Assembly: GCF_018977255.1 (NCBI RefSeq)
Contig: NW_024704743.1
Location: 61,940,001-62,004,000 of the forward strand
Direction: 5' to 3'
DNA: 64,000 nt
From: Callorhinchus milii
Lineage: Eukaryota
The notes under the pieces are model-generated. The model ran no database searches, was not told the DNA's origin, and worked only from the letters and a program-made list of their open reading frames with translations. Below are positions 1 to 12,700 of this stretch, piece after piece. Position 1 is the first letter of the stretch; each line of letters opens with the position of its first letter. A program made the position numbers and the translations under genes.

Positions 1-399
1 CTCTATTACTGCTGAGTGTGATTGATAGTTTAACTTAAAGCAATTCATTTTAATTAACTTTACAACACATCATAAATATTGAAAAATCTATACACCATCT
101 ACATAACTAAACGGATGTGTATAAATCTGCTATTAAACAGGAATTAAAAAGCCATCATGACTGTAGTGGAATGGAATGATTTGTAGCGTCAGTTTGTCTG
201 ATGCTCCCTCAGAGACCGATATTAGAAATACAAAATTGCTCCATGCAATACGGCTGGTTATTCTGCACATAATAATTAATAACATAATCCTTGCATTTGA
301 TATAGTGCCTTATCACGTCATCGAGACATCTCAAAGCGCTTCACAGAATATGCTGTAAAGTGAGTAAGAACATAAGAAATGCTAGTTGAAAGAAGTCCA

Positions 400-775
400 A
401 GGGAGCTTTAGATAGAGTGGACAGGGAAAGATTATTTCTTCTGGTCAGGGCTTCGAGAACAAGAGGACATAGTTTTTAGAATCAGAACTGGGAGGTCCAG
501 AACAGAGATTAGGAAAATCGTTCACACAGAGAGTGGTAGGAGTATGGAATTCTCTTCTAATGTCATCTGTTGGGGCGACAACAATGTGCACGTTCAAAAA
601 AAANGACTGGACGTATAGTTAAGAGAAAATAAAGTTGAAGAATATAGGGGATAAAGACAGGATATGAGACTAGAGATGTGATCTAGGATGGGAACTTGTG
701 TGGAGTTTAAACACCAGCCAGGCTGGATGGGCAAACAGCCTGTGTCTGAGCTGTACCTTCCATAAATCTATGAAA
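400..775 (+). mobile_element. CR1-type LINE 3' fragment
   Basis: Degenerate LDRVDRERLF...RTRGHS ORF2 end plus 3' UTR typical of CR1. Confidence 0.7.
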
Positions 776-863
776 ACAAATTCATTGCGTTGATGTTCAA
801 GGATATTTCTCTGGACCAAAACAGGAAAGAAAATTACATTTTGGGGTTCTGGTTGAATTGTTC

Positions 864-1008
864 AGTCCTGTAGTTTAGTGGTTAGAGCACTCGCCTCGCA
901 AGCAAGAAGATCTGGGTTTGATTCCCAGGCAGGACGAAACGTTGTAAAAGTTTACTTCGTCCACATGCCTCTATTTACCGAGAAGTAAGTAGGAACCTGA
1001 TTGTTAGC
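864..1008 (+). mobile_element. tRNA-derived SINE 5' head fragment
   Basis: agtcctgtagtttagtggttagagcactcgc...gtttgattccca, homologous to the head at 2627. Confidence 0.7.
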
Positions 1009-1014
1009 AATCAT

Positions 1015-1725
1015 GTCGCCTCTCAATCTTCTCTTTTCCAGCATGAACATGGGCGATTAGTCGCTGCTCATTGTCCAGTCCTTCCATTCTCTTAATCATT
1101 TTGGTTGCCCTCTGCTGTATCTTCTCGATTTCTCCAATATCCTTTTTGTACTGTGGTGACCAGAACTGTACACAGTACTCTTAAGTATAGTCTCACCAAT
1201 GATTTATACAGTGGCAGGATTAGCCCACTATTTTGGCTTGTTATTGATCTTTTGATACATCCCAACATCTGGTTTGCTTTACTCACTGCCATAGAGCATT
1301 GTTGGGAGAGCTTCAATTTATTGTCAATCAGGACCCCCAGGTTCTTTCCATTTCCCATACATATTATTTTCCTTCCGTTCAAATAATAGTCCCTTCCAGG
1401 ACTTTGTGTCCCCATGTGAAGCACTTTACATTTCTCCACATTAAATTTCATCTGCCACCGACTTGCCTAATTCCCAAGTATGTTCAAATCCTCCTGTAAC
1501 CTATCTTGTTCAGCTTCACAATCTACCACCTTCATTAGTTCCCAAAACAGACCCTTGTAGAACTCGAATGGTAACACTTGAGTTGATGATATTCCCTGTA
1601 CCACCACCCTCTGGGTTTTTCCGGTCAAACAATTGCATATCAATTATAATATTCCTCCACTGATTCCCGCTTTCTTTACTTTCAGTACCAGCCCCTCAAG
1701 AGGAACTGTATCAAAGGCCTTACTG
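1015..1725 (-). mobile_element. CR1-type LINE ORF2 (RT C-terminal) fragment
   Basis: MKFNVEKCKVLHMG...LGVLIDNKLKLSQQC...KANQMLGCIKRSI...LPLYKSLVR; frameshifted. Confidence 0.88.
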
Positions 1726-1958
1726 CGCTTTGAGATGTCGAGAAGACATGAAATTATTATTATATATGTTATTATTATATATGTTATTATTACTGAAATC
1801 CAGATACAAATCCCATTTCGTCCTGCCCGGGAATCAATAATTCAACATTTTGAATTTCCCATAAACAACAACAACAAGATTCCATTTATAGAGCGCCTTT
1901 CCCGTCGGGAGGACGTCCCAAGGCGCTGTACAGTTGGGTCAGGACCCGAGCAGGGGGG

Positions 1959-2262
1959 ACATGGTCAGTGTGAGGGGAGGGAAGGGAGGGAGCGAGGAGG
2001 GGGGAAATGGTCAGGGTGAGGGGAGGGAAGGGAGGGAGCGAGGAGGGGGGAAATGGTCAGGGTGAGGGGAGGGATGGGAGGGAGCGAGGAGGGGGGAAAT
2101 GGTCAGAGTGAGGGGAGGGAAGGGAGGGAGCGAGGAGGGAAATGGTCAGGGTGAGGGGAGGGAAGGGAGGGAGCGAGGAGGGGGAAATGGTCAGGGTGAG
2201 GGGAGGGAAGGGAGGGAGCGAGGAGGGGGGAAATGGTCAGGGTGAGGGGAGGGAAGGGAGGG
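1959..2262 (+). repeat. Purine-rich minisatellite, ~46-bp unit, ~6.5 copies
   Basis: aaatggtcagggtgaggggagggaagggagggagcgaggaggggg recurs at 1959, 2005, 2051, 2097, 2140, 2185 and 2231. Confidence 0.95.
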
Positions 2263-2626
2263 GACCTCTTTTGTCTAACAGCTATGAAGTGAATGACCAA
2301 TGTTATGTGGGGCGTCGCTGGGCGCGACACCAGGAGAAACTCCATTCTCTTCTCCCCCAGTACAGGGCGGGGGCTCGGCTTAATGTGTCGTCTGAAGACC
2401 AGCACCTCCACGTGTGCAGCAGACACCCCGACCTGCCCTCCGGGGTCAGTACGGACATGGAAACAGGAGGCCATTCAGCCCCTCCAACCTGTTCCACCAT
2501 TCCATAGGATCATGACTGATCCGTACCTCCACTCCAATTGCCCACCTTTTGCCTCTGATCCACTGACCCAACAAATATATATATATATAGATCCAATGAT
2601 GAGCTGATGCCCCACCAGAGGGAATG

Positions 2627-2950
2627 GAGTCCTGTAGCTCAGTGGTTAGAGCACTCGCTTTGCAAGCGAGAGACCTGAGTTCAATTCCAGGCAGAGGGCG
2701 AAACCTTGGGCAAGTTTCCTTACTCCACACAGAGCCTAATAATAATCCCTCCAAAAACCCAAAACAATGATAAATTGGTCATATTCAACCTACGACTGTT
2801 TGTGGGCATTGCTGTGCGCAATTGGCTGCCGCGTTCGCCCACAAATATACAGTCAATTCACTTTACAGTGTGTTCTGTGAAGCGCTTTGGGACGTCCTCC
2901 CGACGTGAAAAGCGCTATATCAAATACAAGGATTATTATTATTATTATTA
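2627..2950 (+). mobile_element. Full-length tRNA-head / Deu-like core / L2-tail SINE
   Basis: tRNA-like head with A and B boxes, core tgctgtgcgcaattggctgccgcgtt, tail aagcgctttgggacgtcc...gcgctatatcaaat plus (ATT)n; near-identical reverse copy at 38488-38781. Confidence 0.85.
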
Positions 2951-2999
2951 TAATGATTTCCCTGTATCTTCCCCCATTGGGATCCCTTCAGCGTTATAA

Positions 3000-3720
3000 A
3001 AATCTCATCCACCAGGGGGCGCTGCACGCAACCCCCCCCCTCCCCTCCCCTGGTGTCGTCAGCGGCCTCTCCCGGTCACAGCGCCCCCCAGTGGCCGGCG
3101 GTCTGCGCTGTGTGAGCCGCGCGTGCGCGGTAGCGGGGAGTTTCGGGACTCCTGCGCGGGCGCGGGGCCGCCACGGTGCGGGGCTCGGGCAGCGGCAGCG
3201 GCCGGCGGGGGGCCCGGGGGCGGCCGGCAATGGCGACAGCCCCGGCAGGTAGGTGGGCGGCGGGGAGCGCAGTGAATCTGTATCCCCGAGTGTTGGCGGG
3301 AGAGGGAGAGGCGGGGGTGCGAGCGGCTCTGGCGGCCACAGGGCCTCACCTGAGAGCGAGGCCCGAGGCCCGGAGCGCCGGCACTGAGGGGGAGGGGCGG
3401 CGCGGGGCGGCTCACGTGACCAACAGCGCCAGGAGCGCAGCGGCCGCCGTGTCACACACACACACACAGTGGTCAGTCAGTCAGTCAGTCATCAGGTCAG
3501 GACTGGACTGGACTGGTCAGTGCGGGTCAGTGCGGGTCAGGGAGCGCTGCTGCAGCTGCTCTCAGTCGCAGTGTGTGAGCATCTGGAGGGGCGGCGGCGG
3601 CTCCGGGTCCAGGTGCGGCCGTCATTCCCACTGAGAGAGGCCTCGGCCTCGGCCACTTGTATGTTCACAGCACTTCCCGCCGCTCCAGGTCCCGGATCTC
3701 CGGCACTCACTCTCTGCCTC
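3000..3720. promoter_or_regulatory. CpG island / NFX1 promoter with CTCF-like motifs, GC boxes and an E-box
   Basis: GC- and CpG-dense around the ATG; CCACCAGGGGGCGCTG at 3009; reverse motif at 3079-3096; TCACGTGAC at 3412. Confidence 0.8.
3230..3248 (+). CDS. NFX1: NFX1 coding exon 1 (MATAPA-G)
   Basis: ATG in a CpG island, donor CAG|GTAGG, phase 1 fits exon 2. Confidence 0.85.
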
Positions 3721-6700
3721 TCACCGCCTGGTTTTTGGAGGCAAAAAGATTGGGGGCTGTTGGGGGAGTGTGGGGGGGGGGAGTGTTGGGAAAAAAAGCT
3801 GCTCCGCCGATGTGGTCCTCGACGCGTAGTTTCTTTCTCGATGACTTCATTAATTAGTTAACGATGAGCGTCTTCTCTGCTGTGTATCACTTGTCTTTGG
3901 AGAGAGAAACAATATTGAGAGGGCGGTGTTGTGGCGCACGACCCAACATGTGGGCACCTCTGCCTGAGTTTAGTACAGTTTGCTGTTGGCTGTTATTTGT
4001 GACAAAACAGCTTTGGTATATACAGACTGCAAAGACCCTGAAGAGATTTGAGGAGGAGGGTCTTACTTTCCCGCATGTAGTTTCAGCAGCAATGTGCTTT
4101 TTTTTTTGTGTGTGTGTGTTTCCAGTTGCGCGCAGTGTCGCCGGAGTCGCCGTTGGAAGATTTTCTTCAGACGTCTCGCAGTCATCGCGAAAAAAAAAAA
4201 CTGCAAATAATTTAGACTAAAGACAGCTGTGGCTCTGCCCTGTCCTGTTGTGCTTGTCTCGGCGCTAAGTTAACCCGACGTTTAGTTCTGAGATTCGATT
4301 GCGCATATAGTTTTATTTGCCAAATCATTTATTTGCCAGAAAGAGATGGCGTTTCATCAGGATGTAATATTACTGTATTAGAATACCATAGCGCTGCACT
4401 GATTGAAAACGATTTGGGTTCTGGTAAATCTTTTGATTTCAGTGCTGTGTGCAAAATATGCAGGTCCCCCCCCCGTCCCCGTCTTCCTCCAATAAAATAC
4501 CTTTATTCTGATTTCGAGTCATTTATTAAGAGGAAGTTAAACAAAAAGGCATTATTTTTGGGTGGGTTATAATACAAGAAAAAGCGTTTTTTTTGGGGGG
4601 GTTACAATACAGTACAAAATTACATTTGTATAGTGAAAGGCACTAGTCAGGTATCTGACATGCAGGGAAACCATTACCATGCTTAAGTCCCCAGACCTAA
4701 CTACTGATAGTTTTATATATGTAATGCTTCTATTTCTCTGTTATGAAGTGCACATTTTCCCCAGAAAGCCATTGCAAGAACTATGTGGAATAAGATGTCC
4801 ATCGTCTTAAAACTATTGTAATTTAATTCCACAGCATAGGTTTTGGAGGTGTTTTATTCTGTAATGTCACCTCAGAATTCTGATGATCCTTGCTTCAGAA
4901 CTGTTTGAAATTTGCTCTTTTACTTTGACATAGTCAGAAGGTTTTATCCCATGTATTAACTGTGAATTGTGAATCAATTCTGGAGTTAGAGTATCACAAT
5001 GAATGCTGTTGTCTTTCCAAGTAATCTTGGAAAAGATTTGTTAACCACAGCAGCAACAACTTGCTGTCCTTTGTGTTTCTTGGTAATTAATATAATGGTA
5101 AGAAGAAATTTCAGATGTTATCGGTGGACCACTTAAGGTTTTCCATTGCATTCCATGGTATTTGAACCTAATAAATCATAAAAAAAATCCTTGGAGCTGT
5201 CTGATAAGTTCAGATCTTGAATATGTAGCTAAAGGGATACTGAATTTGTACAGGAAGGTAATTTGAACTTGTAAAGATATCCACTTTAGATTTGTTTACA
5301 GGAGTGTAATATATGAAATAGACTATCCAGGAAGACAATGGAGACAAATAGGTTAAACAAATTTAGGAGTAAATTAGGTTAAAAAAAATCCCAAATTACC
5401 TTTTTCAGTGTTTTACATTCCTTTGTTCCAGTAATCTACTTGATTCTGTTACTGTATTTAAAAGAAAACTTGTTTTAAATCTACAGGTGGACTGGAACTT
5501 AATCCAGATGCTGCAGATTTCATTCCTCGCGAAACACGTGACAATCAAGCACCCCAGAAAAATAAGAAGCCAGGGGATTTTACCAGAAACAAAACCTCTC
5601 CTCTACCATCGTCAAGACCACCACCCTATCGCAACTATTGCCGTGATTTGCCACACAAGAGGGAAAATTACCAGCACCCAAGAAGTCGTTATGAGGAGAG
5701 CCCAGCTCCTTTTCCCAGGGCAGCCAATGAAGGGCATGGGACCAACCGAAACAAAGCAGGTATTCATAGTTTCCAAAACCAGCGCCGGCACCGCATGAGA
5801 AATGAGAAGATCTATCCTGGAGAAGGGTGGACCGCAGAATTGTCTCAACAGGAAACTGCTGAAAGTATTGTACAACTAGATTCCATGGAAAAAGATTCAG
5901 CAAAAAATGTGCCTGAGAAGGATTTAATGGAGTTGGATGCAGAATTCGTGGAACATAGGAAAAGTCATGGTTCAGAGCAGGAAAACTGGCGAGCACTTGA
6001 CAACCAAGGAGGAGCAAAACCAAAAAAGAACAATCTCTACGTTCACAAACCCAGTCAAGGGATGAACGAGCGAGGAAGGCCAGTTTTTGAAAAATACAAT
6101 AGAACTTTTGGAAGGAAAACCAATGAAAGGTCGGAAAATGTCAGTCCACATTGTATAGCGGAAGCACCTGTTGAAATAGCTGGAGCAGAGAAAAACAATA
6201 CAAAATATAGCGAAGATTTGCAACGAAGGTCTTTTTACAAAAGTAAAATTAGTCCAAGAGGATCCACCTGGGGTAGAGAGTATTCGGATGACAAAGTGTA
6301 CAAAAGTGAGAATATGAGAGCAGGATCAAACTCCTCCATTTACCCCTCTGAACGAGATACCAAGGATGAGAGAGAGAATTCAAGGTTAAGGGAAAATATA
6401 CAGCTGAGCCACAGAACACAATCTTGGAAGGTGAATGACATGGAAAAAGAAAGGAGAAGAATAAAACGACCACAAGATGTGCAAAATAAATTGTTTGATT
6501 CAGACAGAAAGCCATTTTGGAAAAAACAGATGGAAGTGCATAAGAGCAAGGAGACTCACACAGGTTAGTTTCATAATGGAATTAAAGGAATCAATGCTCA
6601 GGTATAATAATTTGCATTAAAACTAATTATATGCAACTCTGCATTGTTGAAAAGTACCAGATTTCCACCAGTGCACTATAAAAGCCATTTTGAAGCGTTG

Positions 6701-9700
6701 CCCAATTACCCGTCCTTATAGAATGTATTTATTTAAGCCATTCATTTAATGTAAGATAATAATGCAAGTGTATAAAACCTTCTCTCCCACCAGGCAATGT
6801 ATGCCCTGAAAGTTCTAGCATCTAAGAAAAATATATCTGTTTATTGATAAGAAATTCAGTCGAAGCAAAAGTGACCTGGAATATGGATGATTGAACCAGG
6901 ACTCTTAACTTTGAGGAATACAATGTTTTTTAGTGGATTTTATGGCATAGCGTTAGAACAGCTATGTTTTTCTGCATTTAACCTCAAGTGCACCCCTCTT
7001 TCCCCATGTTTTTTGCACTAATGGTTGAAGCTCAGTAACTCCTGAAATATTTTTTTGAATCCCTAGTGTCTACAGTGTCTTTTGATGTATTGATAAACGT
7101 AATGTATAGTATAGCAAAAGCCTTTGTTAAAAAATGTGTAGAGCAGGAAATCCGCATACAGAGATGTTCTCAGTGTGTTTTGACTGATGTAAATGAAAAT
7201 ATTAGCTGCATTAAATACAGAGCTGAAAATCTCCCTGTCACCTACACCCAGTCAGCTAAAGAATAATGAAATCTATAGCCAAGAGTTTGAAATACCATTT
7301 TTAAAAAAAACAATTGTGCAGTTTAATGCCTCTCTGGAATCAGTCTGGCTCTGCTTCTAGCACTCTTTTCTCTGAATGTAAAGATGGTGGGTTCAAGCCC
7401 ACATTGGGACTTTGAACTTAAATAGTTTAGGCCAATACTGCAGTGCTTTATGGGAGTAGTCATGGGGGGAAATGTGCTTTATTGATGGAGATGCAATCCT
7501 TCATCTGAGATGTTAAACCTCTGCTTGTTCAGGTAGATGTTAAAATCGGTCAGAACACCCAGCCCCAATTCATTTGTAATCTCAGCTATTTTAAATATGA
7601 CAGTTAATCTAGAATCCGTCCGGTTTAAGCAGTTTCCAATGTATATATTAAATGAAAGTATCAGTTTTATCCCCGATGCCTTTACATTTTAGCAGACAGG
7701 TGGCTTCAATCATGTAATGCAGGTGAAATTTAAACTTTCAAATGTTGTTTTCATTATTGTATCATTTTTGAAACACTTATATGTTCCAGCGTCCTTCATA
7801 CTGACCATTGCCTAGTTTTGTCTGCAGGCTTGAGTGCAGTTTTATTGTTTGCAGTTCTAATTATGTAACTGATATTCCCTCCTTATTAGGATTATTGATT
7901 GAGCATCTTACAGCTGAGAAGTATGAATGTATGGTTTGCTGTGAGGTGGTTCGTCTGATGGCACCAGTATGGAGCTGCCAAAGCTGCTATCATGTATTTC
8001 ACTTGAATTGTGTTAAGAAATGGGCAAGATCACCTGCTTCTCAGGCTGAAGGTTAGTCCAATATTTGAGTCTGCTGCCTTCCTCTTCCTTTGTAAGTTAC
8101 AGTTAATAGCAAGATTCTCAACTAGTACTGCAATTACACTATGATAACTATTTACATGTGCCAAGATAAGAGGTTTAACTTTTAAGTACTGTGATGCCCT
8201 GTCATTATGGCACAATGTTTTAATTTCTATACTTCAAGAATCCAATATTTTCTCCTCCATTTTCTTTGTTTAAAAGATTAACTCTCACTGTGGTATGTAC
8301 GGTTCCACAGGCTTTGGCTGTTCTGCAGAACTCACTCAAGTAGCCATTCTTCACGAGTGAATCCTGAGTGACTGGAATGCTTTACTATTATGAGTTTGAT
8401 TGTGTCCTCATCTGACGTTCACATGCATTTAAAAAGTCGCTCAATAGGGAACAAGAGCATTGACCATTTTTTTCCATCCCTTGTGCGAGCTACTGTGAGC
8501 AATGTGATCCAATCCTACTCTTTCTGAAATTAAGTAATACAGCCCAAAAATTGAATGCAGGCGTGACATTCCTAGGCTATTGGGTTAATAACCACACTAC
8601 CACACAGTTTAGGTATCAGGAGAATTTAATCGTTCATTGTAATTTTATGCAATATTAACAATGTAGAGAGATGTGTTGTAGAAATCCTGCAAACAGTGAA
8701 GGAAATGAAGCAGCTCAGAGGAATCCACATCTAGAGAAATGAATAGTATCTGACTACACATTTTTGTTGTGCTATGATATCTACTAAACAGTTTGTCTAG
8801 TAGTTGAGGATTTTAACCTGGTATCATCCAGAGTGTTAACTTTATGATTTATGTTTCATTTCCAAAGTTAAAAGTATTAGAGTGGATGGTCAGTAAATGT
8901 TTTCAGAGCATCTTTAATAATGGAATTATTGTTTAATTTGTTGGGTGGTGAAAAACAAGAACAGAGTGAAGAATAATTGTTCCTCTTTGCAAGTTAATAT
9001 ATCTTGGTAAAGTTTGTATGTGCAGGACAACTGGATGATTGGTCTTTATCTTTTTCTACTCGCTAGATGGGCATGGTGGTTGGAGGTGTCCTGCTTGTCA
9101 GAATGTATCTGTGCGGGTCCCCAATTCTTACGTGTGTTTCTGTGGTAAGTACAGAAATTCAATGTGATGTTGATTTTAGCAATAATTAGCTTTTTAAAGT
9201 ATATTCTCTTATGGTGCAAAATGCTTTGAAAAGGAAAGTCTTCAAACAAAATGAATGCCTAGTTGCGTGTTTTCTATATAATGGGAAATCGAACATTGAT
9301 GACTACTTTTAGGTGAAAGATCCCAGGGATTTTGCAATAAGATGATTCTTGAATCATGGTACGAGTTATATTTCAGGTATTTACAGATACCAGGTTGGCC
9401 TGTATGTGCGTAGTTATCGTTTCTATCAGTTATATTGACCTGCTTCTGTGTCAGCATTTATGAGGCTACAAATCCATTCATGCTCTGGCACCTCCCTAGC
9501 TTTCTGACTTGCTTTCTCCCCACTCCACCGTCGCCAGCCACGCTTTCATCCACTACACTTTGGAAGTTTTGGAATTCTGACCCCCAATCCCTCCTTCCCC
9601 TATTTTAGATCCCGACTGTAGCCTTTCCTCTTTGACTGTGCTTACTGTTAACTCCTCCTTCCCCACGGCTTGGCATCAGTCTGTTAAAGTGCCACTGTGT

Positions 9701-12700
9701 GCTCCGAGACGTTGCCTCGAGTGAGGGACGCTGTTCAAATGCAAATTGTTGTCCGTACAACTGACATCTCACTTTAATTGCATGGGCATTTGTTTCGAGA
9801 ACCCACAGGGAATTGGGCCTGATGTGAAAATGAAGGTGGTGGAGATCAGAGAATGGCACAAGTGTGAAATTGCCTGATAATGTAATGCTGTTCTCAGCCT
9901 CGACTAACTGACAGAATTTCCTGCCGACTTCAGAATAAATCATGATACGTATGATATTATTGGATAGAATGTGTTGCAGCATCAGGTCTGGAACCAGCAT
10001 TTCAGGACAGTGTGTGGCAGTAAGTTCTCTGCCCCACTTCAATAGCACTCTTCTTACCATAGCTGCCAAGAGCTAAACAGACCATTAATTATAGAGGACC
10101 ATAATTGCAAATTAAAAGAAAATGTATGTAATAACATTTTGTTGTATGTATTTGTAAGGCAAGGTCAACAATCCAGAGTGGAACAGGAATGAAATCCCTC
10201 ACAGCTGTGGAGAACTTTGTGGAAAGAAAAGATCTGGCAACGACTGCCCTCATCCATGTAATATGTAAGCACAAACCAAGTGTGAGAATGTGTCCACCAT
10301 ATCTTGGTATATACCATTTTATGATGGAAAATTGTGTTATGCAATGTTGCTTCACTGCAGGTCAAATTGCTTTTGGAAGTTTTGTCCCCATTAAAGCAGC
10401 GGGTTATTACCTGGGCCAATAGAAAAGTGCGGCCACAATTTTTTCACGGAATCTGCAAAATACAAATTAGTTTACAGCTCTAATTTAAAAAAAATAATTC
10501 TATTACAAGCGATTTTGTTGCCAGATCCCCTCTCTCTCTTTCTCGCTCTCTGCCAGTTTCATTGTACCACTTTCTCAGACTTCTTCTTTCATTCTGCCTT
10601 TTCTCTCTTTGTCTTTCACTCTTAGCTTTTCTGTCTTTCTATGTACCTTTCTCTCTCTGCAGTATTTCTAACTATCCCTAAACTGCATATTGTAAAAATA
10701 TAGTCTCAACTTTGCTACCAGTGTGTAAATATAGTTGATGTGTATATGTGAAGATGCGCGTATTAGTATATTCTAAAGGATAGAAAGATTAAGGGATATG
10801 GGGATAGGGTGGGTCAATGAAATTAGGTTAGAAGATCAGCCATGACCTTATTAAATGGCGGGGCAGGCTCGAGGGGCCGAATGTCCTGCTCCTACATCCT
10901 ATGGTCTTATTGTGATGCAACCGAGGTCAGAGTGTCCCAAGAAACGTGTACAAACGTTGTTGGATTTTCACAACCCATGTAATTTTTTGTCTCTGAGCCT
11001 TATGCAAATAAACCTAAATACAGATAGTTGGGATAAACAATATTCTATGGTAAATGTATCTGGGGGAAAAAAGTTGAATCTCACTGCGGAAGTCCATTCC
11101 GTATAGAGATCCTGTTTTAAGTGAATTAAGGTTAAGCTCCATCTGAGCTTTTTATAGTTTGAGTGGGGATTTTCTAAAATGTAGTTCCACAAGCAAAAGC
11201 AGACACAATGTCAACTGTATTAAACAATAATAATTCTTGCCTTTCTCTTTGACTGTGCCTTCAGCTCTCTACCCCCTCCTCGCTCCCGCCCTTCCCTCCC
11301 CTCACCATTTCCCACCTGCTCGGGTCCTGACCCAACTGTCCAGCGCCTTGGGACGTCCTCCCGACGTGAAAAGCGCTCTATAAATGGAATCTTGTTGTTG
11401 TTGTTGCATTTGACATAGCTTCTTTCATGTAGTCGCAACATCTCAAAGCACTTCACAGGATATACTGTAAAGTGGTTTTGACTGCATATTTTGTGAGCAA
11501 AATGCCAAATTAACCTGGGAATATTTCAAATGTTTTGGGGTATAAAAAAAGATTTTTTTAAAAAAAATAGAATGAATGTTATTTTTAAACATGCAAGAAT
11601 GTTGAGCATTTTGTTTTGCCTTCTCTTTCCACCAGCTTGTGCCATCCCGGGCCATGCCCATCATGTCCTGCATTTGTAACAAAGGCATGTGAATGTGGCA
11701 GAACCAGGTAGGAAATGTGGAGCAGTGTGCGTGTCCAGTAAATCAATCCTGCAGCTTTGAGGCTTGCTTAATTTGACATTTGCACATTGTTTTCTGCTGT
11801 TGTGACTTTCGTGTTTGCTGCCAATAGCTCTCAATGCTGGAGTCCTGAAAGTTGATCTTGGCTACTTTTAAATAGTTGTTTCTTTAAAAGCATGAGAATT
11901 GCTCAAAATTAAGCATTTATAAAACATATATATGTATAAGCTCAACAAAGTTATACACACACCCACACGTATTCGTAGGGATACTCTCAGGCTTTGGAAT
12001 CAATGAGTAAAATCATTTCTGTGGATATTTCATGAAAAATATTGTACTGAATCTGATATGTTTTGTTTCTTGTTTTATTTTACACAATTTCTGAGGGGTT
12101 TTAATTTATTTTCTCCCACAAACAGTCAGTCAGTCCGCTGTGGTCAGGCTGGTGCAATTCAATGCAATAACGTATGTGATAATCTCCTGAACTGTGGAAA
12201 ACATACATGTGCCCAGGTGTGTCATGCAGGGAAGTGTCAGCCATGTTTGCTTACGGTTCAGCAAGGTAAGCAGCAAACATATACACTTATCCACAATCAG
12301 ACTTCAACACGACAAATTTTCGTATATTTTGCGCCTTTCACATTGGGAGGACATTTCAGACAGTTGACTGGGAGCCCAAGCTGGCAGAGGAGCTGATGAG
12401 GGGTGGGTGATGGACAAAAGTACAATTGAAAATATAGGTCTGAGGCAGGTTTTGAAAGTGGGAGGGTAATGGCCTCTCACTTTCAAAACCTGCAATGGCA
12501 ATTGCCATGGTTGTTGATGGGGGAGTTGATGTGGTAGGTGAGGTGAAGGAGAAGAGATGGGCAGATGGATCATCAAAATAGGGCACAAGGGTGAAGTAGA
12601 GTTTGAAATTGCCAAAAATAACGAGGCATTTGGAATAGGAGCTAAGGGAAGATAGGAGAGGAAATGTCTGAGAGAAATGTGCCAAAAATTTGGAGGGGTC

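Noticed and set aside
2627..2700. Apparent tRNA gene (also near 864, 38710-38780 and 53600)
   Set aside because: It runs directly into a SINE body and L2-like tail, and multiple degenerate copies exist, so these are SINE heads.
2887..3861. Multiple overlapping GC-rich ORFs at the NFX1 promoter
   Set aside because: Expected stop-codon depletion in a CpG island, with no recognisable protein motifs beyond NFX1 exon 1.
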